Positions 39,470 through 48,801 of a stretch of 64,000 nt of DNA are shown here, in pieces. The notes below the pieces were generated by a model that was not told the origin of the DNA, ran no database searches, and worked only from the letters and a program-made list of their open reading frames with translations. Position 1 is the stretch's first letter. Each line of letters opens with the position of its first letter. The DNA lies in the IMG/VR virus record IMGVR_UViG_3300034980_000520, positions 1 to 64,000 of that record. One strand, written 5' to 3'. The translations under genes were made by a program, and so were the position numbers. The stretch is from a virus.

Positions 39470-40671
39470 TGTATTTTCAATCTATTGATGATAAAGAGGA
39501 ATGTCTAGGCATATACCACGATGGTGTTTTGGAATTTGATAAAGACAGAATGCCCACGGATTTTTCCGGAATGAGAACGTGGAAATATTCAGGATCTATT
39601 ATAAATAAAGATGTAGAATATGGTTGGCTATGGGCATCGGGTAGCAACCTAAAGGAAATGTGCCCACCTGAACTACAGTCAGAATTGTCGCGCATGCAAA
39701 AGAAGATGTCGGCATTTAAAAAATCATTTGAGATCGCCAAAATCGATTTTCGTCAACATTGCTTTTTTGATCTGGTACCGCACGATTTTTTGACTGCTTT
39801 TTTAGAAGTTAAAAATAAGATAACTCAGCATGTATTTGAAACAACAGAAAAGCCTGTTATCTACGATCACCTGTGCCAATTGGAAAAACTGTTGTATAAG
39901 ATAAGGTATCAAGAGATGAACATTGACCCTACCGACTGTCGACACCTTTTCATCAAGTCTGCCCACCGATCCCGAGCAAACAAAATTATGGGCGGCTCTC
40001 GGTTCATCGATTACAACATTTTTGGAACAAAAACAGGACGATTAGCAACGTATCCGGGATCTCTCCCTCTACTGACGATGCAGAAAGAATTGCGTGCTTT
40101 CATTAAACCACGCAACGATTGGTTTATTTCTCTTGACTATAATGCAGCAGAGGCGCGAACTGTAATCGGATTACTTGGAAAGTCACAACCAACGGAAGAT
40201 GTGCACGAATGGCATATGGATACTATTTTTAAGAACACGGAAATCTCCACCCGAGAAGCTGCAAAAACCGCTTTTTTCGCGTGGCTGTATAATCCTGCAT
40301 CTAGTCAATTCACCCAACAGCCATACGAGAGAGATGAATTGCTGGAAAAGTTTTATAAAAATGGATGCATAGAAACTCTTTTCGGAAGATCGATAGAAGT
40401 AGATGAATTTAAAGCACTTAACTACCTGATTCAAAGCACGACGGCAGATTTAGTGAATGAGCGCGCCGTTGCATTAGACAGCTTCCTAGAAGGCACGAAA
40501 AGCTTTGTGTCGCACATCGTGCACGATGAGGTGGTTTTGGATATGCATGACGAGGATCGTCAATTGTTGCCTGAAATTAAAGATATCTTTGCGCAAAACC
40601 GTTTGGCGAAATTTGAGGTTAACTTTAAAGCGGGTAAAGATTATTATAACTTAGAAAGGTTGAACGTATGA
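39469..40671 (+). CDS. short family A DNA polymerase-like protein
   Basis: TKTGRL, motif A SLDYNAAEAR, motif B REAAKTAFFAWLY, NYLIQST, motif C VHDEV. Confidence 0.8.
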   Translation: MYFQSIDDKEECLGIYHDGVLEFDKDRMPTDFSGMRTWKYSGSIINKDVEYGWLWASGSNLKEMCPPELQSELSRMQKKMSAFKKSFEIAKIDFRQHCFFDLVPHDFLTAFLEVKNKITQHVFETTEKPVIYDHLCQLEKLLYKIRYQEMNIDPTDCRHLFIKSAHRSRANKIMGGSRFIDYNIFGTKTGRLATYPGSLPLLTMQKELRAFIKPRNDWFISLDYNAAEARTVIGLLGKSQPTEDVHEWHMDTIFKNTEISTREAAKTAFFAWLYNPASSQFTQQPYERDELLEKFYKNGCIETLFGRSIEVDEFKALNYLIQSTTADLVNERAVALDSFLEGTKSFVSHIVHDEVVLDMHDEDRQLLPEIKDIFAQNRLAKFEVNFKAGKDYYNLERLNV

Positions 40672-41531
40672 TATCGATCGTGGGAATAGGTAATGCCGGC
40701 TCTGCCATCGCGGAGAAGTTTAAGTCGCAAAAGAACAACTATAAGGTGTATCAGCTAAATAGCAAATGTGGTAAATCCAAATCTTGCCATAAACTGAAAG
40801 AATTTGACACACCAGAAGAATACGAGAACAGCATACCGAATCTTAAAACATTCTTTAAAGATATCACCGACAAGGTACAAGTATTTGTGGTGGGCTCCTC
40901 CAAAAGCTCCGGCTATGCTTTGGGTATCTTGGAGCAAATAAAAGATAAAAATTTAGAGATATTCTATATAAAGCCTGATACCGAGTTGCTGACAGGTATT
41001 CCCAAGCTGTTAGAAAACATGACATATGGAATACTACAAGAATATGCCCGCTCAGCTATGTTTACATCGCTGACAGTTTTTTCGAATTACGAGATTGAAA
41101 AAAATCTGCCCAATATATCAATTAAAAATTATTTTGATACCCTTAATCAAACCATTTTTTCTTCCGTTCATTATCTCAATTTTTTTACGCACACGGAGCC
41201 GGAAATAGGACAAGTTTCGCGCCCCGCTCCGATTAACAGGATCCGCAGTGTTGGGATGCTTAATTTAAAAGATATGTCAGAAAAATGGCTCTTTAACCTT
41301 GACAGCCCGCGTGAAACATGCTATTATATATGTATAAATCAGGATAGATTAGAAAAAGAATCGGGCTTGCATAAACAGTTGGTAGATATGCTCAAGGAGA
41401 AGCCTCGAAATGCTTACAGAAAGATCTCATATGGTATATGGGAGACAAATTTACAAGACTTTGGGTTCTGCGTTGCCCACACTAACGCAATTCAACAACA
41501 AACTACCCTTGACAAGCTAGAGCAAGGGTGA
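40668..41531 (+). CDS. tubulin/FtsZ-like protein, degenerate GTPase loop
   Basis: N-terminal IVGIGNAGSAIAE (T1 loop); GGGTGSG position reads GSSKSSG. Confidence 0.55.
   Translation: MISIVGIGNAGSAIAEKFKSQKNNYKVYQLNSKCGKSKSCHKLKEFDTPEEYENSIPNLKTFFKDITDKVQVFVVGSSKSSGYALGILEQIKDKNLEIFYIKPDTELLTGIPKLLENMTYGILQEYARSAMFTSLTVFSNYEIEKNLPNISIKNYFDTLNQTIFSSVHYLNFFTHTEPEIGQVSRPAPINRIRSVGMLNLKDMSEKWLFNLDSPRETCYYICINQDRLEKESGLHKQLVDMLKEKPRNAYRKISYGIWETNLQDFGFCVAHTNAIQQQTTLDKLEQG
41299..41327 (+). promoter_or_regulatory. sigma70-like promoter (intragenic)
   Basis: TTGACA-N17-TATTAT with extended -10 TG. Confidence 0.6.
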
Positions 41532-41537
41532 TACATT
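41509..41537 (+). promoter_or_regulatory. sigma70-like promoter for SSB gene
   Basis: TTGACA-N17-TACATT with extended -10 TG. Confidence 0.7.
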
Positions 41538-41591
41538 AGATATCGAGGAAAGCTCGGTATACTTTACAACAACAAATAGGAGAAAAAACTA

Positions 41592-42359
41592 ATGTCAATC
41601 AATATGGAACTAATGAAGAAGAAGCTCGCATCTCTGCGTGGAGAAGGCGGCAACGAAAACTCAGTGTGGTTTAAGCCACAAGAGGGCGAACAAGTGGTTC
41701 GCATCGTCCCCACTGCAGATGGGGATCCACTTAAGGAAATGTTTTTCCACTACAATGTGGGTGATCACAAGGGGGGCATTGTATGTCCTAAACGAAACTT
41801 TGGCGATCGTTGCCCCGTCTGCGAATTTGCATCCTCAGTATGGAAAGAGGCTGTAGCAACAAATGACGAAGAAGCGAAGAAGCTTGCAAAGTCATTGTTT
41901 GTACGTGCGCGATACTTCTCCCCCGTAGTACTTCGGGGATCAGAAGAGGAAGGAATTAAATTCTACGGCTACGGAAAGCGCGCCTACGAACTTCTTTTGG
42001 GATACATTTTGGATCCCGAATACGGTGACATCACCGACAAACTGGAAGGTACCGATATTACCTTAGTGTATACTAAGCCCACATCCCCCGGTGCCTATCC
42101 ACAAACAAGCCTTAAGATGAGAAGAAATACTTCGACTCTACTTGAGGATCAAGACGCTATCCCCGCCCTCCTTGATCGTATGCCCGATTTTGATAGCCTC
42201 TTTGAGCGACTTTCCCCCGAGGAAATAGACGCGATTCTTGATGAGCAACTTGCTGGTGATCTTAGTGCGGAAACACGATCATCGGAAACTGGGCGTTATA
42301 ATGTTGACACTCAAAACCCAGTTGATAAGGCATTTGATGAGCTGATGGCCACCAAGTAG
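41592..42359 (+). CDS. single-stranded DNA-binding protein (T4 gp32-like)
   Basis: WFKP, VRIVP, HY...CP..FGDRCPVCE zinc site, YGDITD..EGTDI, acidic tail AFDELM. Confidence 0.85.
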   Translation: MSINMELMKKKLASLRGEGGNENSVWFKPQEGEQVVRIVPTADGDPLKEMFFHYNVGDHKGGIVCPKRNFGDRCPVCEFASSVWKEAVATNDEEAKKLAKSLFVRARYFSPVVLRGSEEEGIKFYGYGKRAYELLLGYILDPEYGDITDKLEGTDITLVYTKPTSPGAYPQTSLKMRRNTSTLLEDQDAIPALLDRMPDFDSLFERLSPEEIDAILDEQLAGDLSAETRSSETGRYNVDTQNPVDKAFDELMATK

Positions 42360-42370
42360 CGGGCTTGTTT

Positions 42371-42410
42371 AAGCCGCTGGCAGATCGGCTTTAAGTAAAT
42401 AGTCTGCCGC
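42371..42410 (+). repeat. structured intergenic repeat copy 1 (pseudoknot-capable)
   Basis: AAGCCGCTGGCAGATCGGCTTTAAGTAAATAGTCTGCCGC. Confidence 0.8.
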
Positions 42411-42439
42411 AATTTTCTATAAACAAAAAGGAGAATGTT

Positions 42440-42682
42440 ATGGAATGGTTAAAATCCCTATGGGCTAAATGGAAGGTTCAAATTAGCGTAGCAGGAGGCG
42501 TCCTGGTGATTGCCACCGCCTACGGAACCTGCAGCGTAGATCCCACTACGGTTTCTGACAATAGTAGCACAGATATCAACACGACTGAGACAGTCGAGGT
42601 ATCAGCCACCACAGAGACAGTTGGAGAGACAACAACCACGGGTGATACCACAGGTACCACCACCACAACTACAGGCGAGTAG
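42440..42682 (+). CDS. small membrane protein with Thr-rich tail
   Basis: AAGGAG RBS, MEWLKSLWAKW, TM segment, GTC, poly-Thr tail. Confidence 0.75.
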   Translation: MEWLKSLWAKWKVQISVAGGVLVIATAYGTCSVDPTTVSDNSSTDINTTETVEVSATTETVGETTTTGDTTGTTTTTTGE

Positions 42683-42687
42683 TAAAA

Positions 42688-42720
42688 AAGCCGCTGGCAG
42701 ACCGGTAAAAAGTCTGCCGC
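42688..42720 (+). repeat. structured intergenic repeat copy 2 (pseudoknot-capable)
   Basis: AAGCCGCTGGCAGACCGGTAAAAAGTCTGCCGC. Confidence 0.8.
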
Positions 42721-42744
42721 CATCACAAGCTTTAAGGAGGGCAC

Positions 42745-43896
42745 ATGGCAAAGAAAGTTACGGCTAAAGCAGGACGTGTAGCAATGCAGGATCTGATGAA
42801 ATTAGTCAATAAAAAAGCCGGCAGAAATGTCGCACACGATTTAACGGGAGATAATCCCACGTCCGTCAAGGAATGGATCCCAACAGGATCAAGATGGCTT
42901 GATTCTATTATCTGCAAGGGGTACGTCGCCGGCATCCCAGTAGGCAAGGTTACAGAGATCGCCGGGTTGGAATCAACAGGCAAATCTTACATGGCTGCGC
43001 AGATCGCAGCAAACGCCCAGAAACAGGGCAAGCTTGTCGTTTACTTCGATTCTGAGTCTGCCATCGATCCAACCTTCTTAGAGCGCACAGGGTGCGATTT
43101 AGGGCGTTTAATGTACGTTCAGGCGTCCTCTGTGGAGTTTGTGCTGGAGACGATCGAAGAACTTCTCGGTGCGTCCGATGACAAGCTCGTATTTATCTGG
43201 GATTCGTTGGCGTTTACGCCATCTGTGTCTGATGTCGAAGGAGACTTCAATCCCCAGTCGTCAATGGCGGTTAAGGCACGTATTCTGGCTAAGGGAATGT
43301 CTAAGCTGGTAATCCCCGTTGCTGATAGACAGGCGACACTGATCGTTCTGAATCAGCTTAAAACAAACATCCCGCAAGGACCGAACGCTAGAATTGTTGC
43401 GATGACAACACCATACACAACACCCGGCGGGAAGGCAATGCATTATTCATATTCATTGCGCATATGGCTAACAGGGCGAAAGGCAAAGTCTTCCTTTATT
43501 GAAGACGAGAAGGGCTTTCGAATCGGATCAGAGGTTAAGGTAAAACTTGAGAAATCTCGCTTCGGCACTCAAGGTAGATCGTGCGCATTCCGCATTCTAT
43601 GGGGCACCGAAGAGATTGGTATCCGAGACGAGGAAAGCTGGTTTGACGCTATTAAGGGCTCCGAGAGTCTTACCTCTGCCGGAGCATGGTATACGCTAGC
43701 TACTCCAGATGGATACACCAAGAAATTTCAGCCATCTAAGTGGACTGACTTGATTACATCTGATGAAGAGTTCCGCGGAAAGGTTATTCAAATAATGGAT
43801 GAAGAGATCGTTCAAAAGTTTGAGAAAAGAGAAGGCGATGCAGCCAGTTTTTATGAAGATCCGGAAGACTTGACAGTCCCCGTAACTTCAAAATAA
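42745..43896 (+). CDS. recA: RecA/UvsX recombinase
   Basis: IPTGS, EIAGLESTGKS Walker A, YFDSE, IWDS, LNQ, TPGGKA motifs. Confidence 0.92.
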   Translation: MAKKVTAKAGRVAMQDLMKLVNKKAGRNVAHDLTGDNPTSVKEWIPTGSRWLDSIICKGYVAGIPVGKVTEIAGLESTGKSYMAAQIAANAQKQGKLVVYFDSESAIDPTFLERTGCDLGRLMYVQASSVEFVLETIEELLGASDDKLVFIWDSLAFTPSVSDVEGDFNPQSSMAVKARILAKGMSKLVIPVADRQATLIVLNQLKTNIPQGPNARIVAMTTPYTTPGGKAMHYSYSLRIWLTGRKAKSSFIEDEKGFRIGSEVKVKLEKSRFGTQGRSCAFRILWGTEEIGIRDEESWFDAIKGSESLTSAGAWYTLATPDGYTKKFQPSKWTDLITSDEEFRGKVIQIMDEEIVQKFEKREGDAASFYEDPEDLTVPVTSK

Positions 43897-43899
43897 ACG

Positions 43900-43928
43900 T
43901 TGACATGTCTTTGGTGATAGGTTATAAT
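43900..43928 (+). promoter_or_regulatory. consensus sigma70 promoter
   Basis: TTGACA-N17-TATAAT exact consensus. Confidence 0.9.
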
Positions 43929-43955
43929 AAGATATAAGCTTGTAGGAGGGCTATT

Positions 43956-44420
43956 ATGAATATATTTGTACTGGATAGGGATCCGGTAATTGCAGCCACA
44001 ATGATGTGCGACAAACACGTGGTAAAGATGATAGTAGAAACTGCGCAGATGCTGTGTACGATTGCTCGTAATATGGGCTATGATGGCGCGCCCTACCGTT
44101 CAACCCACAAGAATCACCCTTGCACCGTCTGGGCTGCCAAGACATCTTCAAACTGGAGTTGGCTGCTACGTCATGGATTTGCTTTGTGTGATGAATATAC
44201 AAAGAGATATGGTAAAAATCATAAATCTAAAAAAGTTATAGAGTGGTGTAGCCAAATGCCGACTCGCCCCAAGCCGGGACCACTGACACCGTTCGCCCAA
44301 GCTATGCCCGAACAATACAGAAACGAGTGTGTTGTGACGGCTTACCGCGATTATTACGTGGGAGACAAATCTTCTTTCGCAACATGGAAAACACAAACGC
44401 CAAACTGGTGGAGAGTATAA
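43956..44420 (+). CDS. pyrimidine dimer DNA glycosylase/DenV-family protein
   Basis: MNIFVLD, DKHVVKMIVETAQML, HKNHPCTVW, EYTKRYG..H, QAMP motifs. Confidence 0.8.
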   Translation: MNIFVLDRDPVIAATMMCDKHVVKMIVETAQMLCTIARNMGYDGAPYRSTHKNHPCTVWAAKTSSNWSWLLRHGFALCDEYTKRYGKNHKSKKVIEWCSQMPTRPKPGPLTPFAQAMPEQYRNECVVTAYRDYYVGDKSSFATWKTQTPNWWRV

Positions 44421-45391
44421 TGACACAAACTGATAAAAAACGCGTCATCATTATTGATGCGCTAAACATGTTCTTAAGAGCATACATCGTGGATCCGTCT
44501 CTTTCTTCTAATGGGCAACCAATTGGTGGACTTAAAGGTTCGATAAAGATCCTCCAGAAACTCGTACGGATAAGTCAGCCCGACTCTATCGTTATTGTGT
44601 GGGACGGTCCGAATGGATCGCGAAAACGCAAAACCATGGACAAGAATTACAAGGCAGGACGCAAGCCGATCCGCCTGAATCGAGCCTTCCATAATCTAAC
44701 GGATAATGAAGAGCTACAAAATAGAATTTGGCAGCAAACTAGAGTGATTGAGTATCTGAATGAGATGCCAGTTGTTCAGATTATGCTCCCTGAGATTGAA
44801 GCCGACGATGTCATTTCTCATGTGAGCCAGCTCAGTCATTATGATGGCTGGCAAAAGGTAATCATTTCAAATGATAAAGATTTCCTCCAGTTGTGTGACG
44901 ATGAGACGGTTGTTTACCGCCCCACGGTAGATGTGCTCTTAAATAAGGTGCGAATCGTTGATGAATATGGTATTCATCCAACTAATATGGCATTGGCCCG
45001 AGCGATCGCCGGCGACACTTCTGATAACCTTCCCGGGATCAAAGGAGCGGGACTGGCAACTATTAAGAAAAGATTGTCTTTTCTCGCATCTGAAAAAGAT
45101 TATACAATTCAAGAGGTTATAGAATTCTGCGAAAATTCAGCCAATAAATTGAAATTTTTTACTGGTATTGTTGAGGGAAGAGAGATAATTGAGCATAATT
45201 ATAGAATGATGCAACTTTATTCTCCGATGCTCTCAATTAACTCAAAAGATTTTGTAAAAACAGCAGTCGTAGATTTCGAATGTAGCTTCAATAAGACAGC
45301 CATTATCAAAAAGATGCGAGAAGATGGTTTCGGCGAATTAAATTGGGAAGAGTTAAGAACTCGTCTTAATAATATAGCAGTAAGCTGTTGA
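44420..45391 (+). CDS. 5'-3' exonuclease / T4 RNase H-like flap nuclease
   Basis: IIDALN, VWDG, YKAGR, EADDVI, SNDKDFLQL, GDTSDNLPGIKGAG motifs. Confidence 0.92.
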   Translation: MTQTDKKRVIIIDALNMFLRAYIVDPSLSSNGQPIGGLKGSIKILQKLVRISQPDSIVIVWDGPNGSRKRKTMDKNYKAGRKPIRLNRAFHNLTDNEELQNRIWQQTRVIEYLNEMPVVQIMLPEIEADDVISHVSQLSHYDGWQKVIISNDKDFLQLCDDETVVYRPTVDVLLNKVRIVDEYGIHPTNMALARAIAGDTSDNLPGIKGAGLATIKKRLSFLASEKDYTIQEVIEFCENSANKLKFFTGIVEGREIIEHNYRMMQLYSPMLSINSKDFVKTAVVDFECSFNKTAIIKKMREDGFGELNWEELRTRLNNIAVSC

Positions 45392-45397
45392 GTGTAC

Positions 45398-45425
45398 TTG
45401 ACATGGGATTGGAATGTGTTATGGT
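45398..45425 (+). promoter_or_regulatory. sigma70-like promoter for helicase
   Basis: TTGACA-N16-TATGGT with TG. Confidence 0.5.
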
Positions 45426-45446
45426 TATCACTATGAGGAGTGACCC

Positions 45447-46817
45447 TTGAACGAAAATGTAGGTTTTGCGAAGTATGGAAAAGTCTTTCAAGAGGGCTTG
45501 GTTCAACTCATTTTAGATGATCGCCCATTCGCCGATCAGATCTCTGAAGTGTTGGATATATCTTTCTTAGAATTAGAATACCTCCGAGTTTTTGCACGCA
45601 AGGTTATCAACTATCGCAACCGCTATTCTAAGCACCCCTCCCACGAAGCTGTCATAACAATGCTTCGCATTGAATTGGATGCGGAAGACGAGGTTGTGAA
45701 ACAGCAAGTAAAAGAGTATTTTGCGAAGATTCACGCATCCGAAGTCCAAGATGCAGAATATATTAAAGAACAGTCGTTAGATTTTTGTCGCAAGCAAAAC
45801 CTAAAAGAAGCCATGCTAAAGTCAGTCGATCTTCTCCAAAATAGTTCTTTTGATGAAATTTCGAAAGTCATCAATGAATCTTTAAAGCTGGGATCCGAAA
45901 CCAATTTTGGATACGATTATCTGGCAGATTTTGAAGAGCGCTTTTTACCCAAATTTAGAAATCCTGTATCGACAGGCTGGCAAGACTTAGATTCAATCAC
46001 TTCCGGCGGCTTAGGTAAGAGCGAGCTTGGGGTGGTGATCGCTCCCACCGGCGCCGGAAAATCAATGGTTCTCGTTCACTTGGGAGCGCAAGCTGTAGTG
46101 GAAGGGCAAGTAGTAGTCCACTATACCCTAGAGTTGCAGGACACTATCATTGCAAAGCGTTATGACAGTTGTATTACCGGATATCCTCTCTCTGACTTGA
46201 CATCCTTTAAGGAGGAGGTTTTTGACGAGATCAAAGATATCGAGGGGCGCCTGATCGTAAAAGAGTACCCCACCAAATCAGCGTCCACAGAGACGATCCG
46301 CAACCACCTTAGTCGTTTGCACAAAAGAGGCATTAAGCCCGGCTTGATTATAGTAGACTATGCAGACTTGCTTAAGCCGGTGGTTGTTCGGAAAGAAAAG
46401 AGAGACGAGCTTGGCTCCATTTATGAGGAATTGAGAGCCATTTCTACTGAGTACTCTTGTCCGATATGGACAGCATCCCAAACAAACCGCGCTGGGTTGA
46501 GTGCGGAGGTGATCACGATGGAGCAAATCTCAGAAGCCTTTAATAAATGCTTTGTCGCAGATTTCATATTTTCCGTATCACGTACAATTGAAGACAAACA
46601 AAACAACCAAGGAAAGATTTTTATTGCAAAAAATAGAAACGGACCGGACGGAATGGTGTATGATATATTCATGGACACCTCTAATGTCAAAATAAGAGTC
46701 TTACCAAGGGTAACGCACCCTAGCACAAATTCTGTAGCGACGAGCCCAGTTGTATTGACAGCCGGCATGCAGCAGAACTTGCTAAAAAGCAAATATGAAA
46801 AATTTAAAAGGAAATAA
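45447..46817 (+). CDS. replicative DnaB-like helicase (T4 gp41-like)
   Basis: APTGAGKS, TLEL, IVDYADL, WTASQTNR, AKNRNG motifs. Confidence 0.92.
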   Translation: MNENVGFAKYGKVFQEGLVQLILDDRPFADQISEVLDISFLELEYLRVFARKVINYRNRYSKHPSHEAVITMLRIELDAEDEVVKQQVKEYFAKIHASEVQDAEYIKEQSLDFCRKQNLKEAMLKSVDLLQNSSFDEISKVINESLKLGSETNFGYDYLADFEERFLPKFRNPVSTGWQDLDSITSGGLGKSELGVVIAPTGAGKSMVLVHLGAQAVVEGQVVVHYTLELQDTIIAKRYDSCITGYPLSDLTSFKEEVFDEIKDIEGRLIVKEYPTKSASTETIRNHLSRLHKRGIKPGLIIVDYADLLKPVVVRKEKRDELGSIYEELRAISTEYSCPIWTASQTNRAGLSAEVITMEQISEAFNKCFVADFIFSVSRTIEDKQNNQGKIFIAKNRNGPDGMVYDIFMDTSNVKIRVLPRVTHPSTNSVATSPVVLTAGMQQNLLKSKYEKFKRK

Positions 46818-46822
46818 ATCAC

Positions 46823-48790
46823 ATGAGAACAATTGAGAACATACGCAGATTCAGACTATCAGATACTTTTATTGAACCCTACAAAGATGCCGAAGTGCCT
46901 TGGGGTCCCCTCGGGTACGTTACGTACAAACGTACCTATTCGCGAAGACTCAGTGAGTTCGAACCAGAGGCAGTAGGTTCCGAAGAGTGGTGGCAAACCT
47001 GTCGTCGAGTTGTCGAGGGTATGTTCAACATGCAAAAGCGACATGTGTTTATGCTTAGCTTAGAGTGGAACGACAATAAGGCACAAAAAACGGCGAAGGA
47101 GGCATACGATCGATTATTCAATCTCAAGTGGACTCCCCCCGGCCGCGGTCTTTGGATGATGGGAACTAAGTTTATTGAGGAAAGAACCGCTGCTGGTCTG
47201 TTCAATTGTGCTTTTCGCTCCACGCGTGATCTAGGAACCAAGGGTGGTTATCTCTTTGCGTGGATGATGGATGCGCTAATGGTTGGCATCGGCGTCGGGT
47301 TTGATACAGAGGGCGCCGGCTCTCTTTCGATTAAAGAACCCCAGTACACCAATGATACTTTAGTGATTGATGACTCACGAGAAGGGTGGGTGGATTCTGT
47401 ACACATGCTTCTCGATGGATTCTTTTTTGGTTCCAAAGTACCGAAGTTTGATTACTCGGCGATTCGTAAATTTGGAGCAGAGATCCGCGGATTCGGAGGG
47501 ACATCCTCTGGGCCCGATCCTTTAGTCGAGCTACATGAAAGCTTGAGAGAACTTTTTTCTGCTAAAATTGGTGAGAACATTACCTCCGTGGACATTGTAG
47601 ACACCGAGAATCTCATTGGCAGGTGTGTGGTATCGGGAAACGTTCGACGCTCCGCCGCCCTTGCAATGGGCAGATATGATGATACACCTTATTTAGAAAT
47701 GAAAAACGATCAAGAGAAGCTGTATCACCATCGCTGGGGATCTAACAACTCTTTTAATGCTGAAGTTGGAATGGACTATGAATGGCATGCTTCGCAGTCG
47801 CAAAAGAATGGCGAACCGGGCTATATTTGGCTCGATAATGCGCGCACACTTGGGCGATTCAAAGACGGGCGCCGCTATGATGATGTAAATGTGGCAGGCT
47901 TCAATCCGTGTGTGGAACAGCAACTAGAAGATGCGGAGCTTTGCTGCTTGGTAGAAACATACCCAGCTAAACATGAAGATTTAGAAGATTACTTGCGGAC
48001 ACTTAAAATTGCCTACCTCTATGGCAAAACAATAACGCTGTCAAATACACACTGGCCAGAAACAAATGCCAAGATGTTAAAGAACCGACGAATTGGACTG
48101 TCACAGTCGGGAGTTATTCAAGCATTTAATAAGTTCGGACGTCGAGAGGTATACGACATGTGCGACAAAGCCTACGGCTACGTTAAACAATTGGATGAAG
48201 AATACTCTAATTGGCTGTGCATTCCCAAATCAGTACGCATGACATCAATTAAGCCTTCTGGCACTGTATCTTTGCTCAACGGCAGCACTCCCGGGATTCA
48301 TTTTCCTGAAGATGAGTATTACATTCGAAGGATTAGATTTTCTACAGACAATAAAATGCTTGACGCTTTGAAAGATTGCGGTTATAATATTGAAGATGAC
48401 AAATATTCTCCGAATACTGTTTGTGTTGAGTTTCCTGTACATGAGCCCTATTTTTCAAAGGGAAAAAGATCTATTTCAATGTGGGAGCAGCTTGAGATTG
48501 CAGCCCAGTATCAATATTATTGGGCCGATAACTCAGTGTCTATTACAGTCACTTTCAAACCTGATGAAGCAAGCCAGATCAAAAGTGCCTTGGAGTTATA
48601 TGAAACACGCCTTAAGGCGGTATCCTTCTTGAAGTTTGAAAAAACCGGCTATGAGCAGGCTCCATACGAGCCAATTACAGAAAAAGAATATAAAAAGTTA
48701 TCCGCAAAAATAACACCCCTTACCCGAATAACGGACGAAGAAGGCGGCAGTGGGACAAAGTTTTGCACAAACGATACCTGTACAATTTAG
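46823..48790 (+). CDS. nrdJ: class II adenosylcobalamin-dependent ribonucleotide reductase
   Basis: PPGRGLW, FNCAF, GNVRRSA, NPCVEQ, IKPSGTVSLL, C-terminal CTNDTC. Confidence 0.92.
   Translation: MRTIENIRRFRLSDTFIEPYKDAEVPWGPLGYVTYKRTYSRRLSEFEPEAVGSEEWWQTCRRVVEGMFNMQKRHVFMLSLEWNDNKAQKTAKEAYDRLFNLKWTPPGRGLWMMGTKFIEERTAAGLFNCAFRSTRDLGTKGGYLFAWMMDALMVGIGVGFDTEGAGSLSIKEPQYTNDTLVIDDSREGWVDSVHMLLDGFFFGSKVPKFDYSAIRKFGAEIRGFGGTSSGPDPLVELHESLRELFSAKIGENITSVDIVDTENLIGRCVVSGNVRRSAALAMGRYDDTPYLEMKNDQEKLYHHRWGSNNSFNAEVGMDYEWHASQSQKNGEPGYIWLDNARTLGRFKDGRRYDDVNVAGFNPCVEQQLEDAELCCLVETYPAKHEDLEDYLRTLKIAYLYGKTITLSNTHWPETNAKMLKNRRIGLSQSGVIQAFNKFGRREVYDMCDKAYGYVKQLDEEYSNWLCIPKSVRMTSIKPSGTVSLLNGSTPGIHFPEDEYYIRRIRFSTDNKMLDALKDCGYNIEDDKYSPNTVCVEFPVHEPYFSKGKRSISMWEQLEIAAQYQYYWADNSVSITVTFKPDEASQIKSALELYETRLKAVSFLKFEKTGYEQAPYEPITEKEYKKLSAKITPLTRITDEEGGSGTKFCTNDTCTI
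48360..48388 (+). promoter_or_regulatory. sigma70-like promoter inside nrdJ
   Basis: TTGACG-N17-TATAAT. Confidence 0.55.
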
Positions 48791-48801
48791 GAGATAAAAA
48801 A

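Noticed and set aside
40668-41531. PhuZ implying a nucleus-forming jumbo phage
   Set aside because: GTPase signature is degenerate, and no chimallin or multisubunit phage RNAP is recognisable; architecture is T4-like
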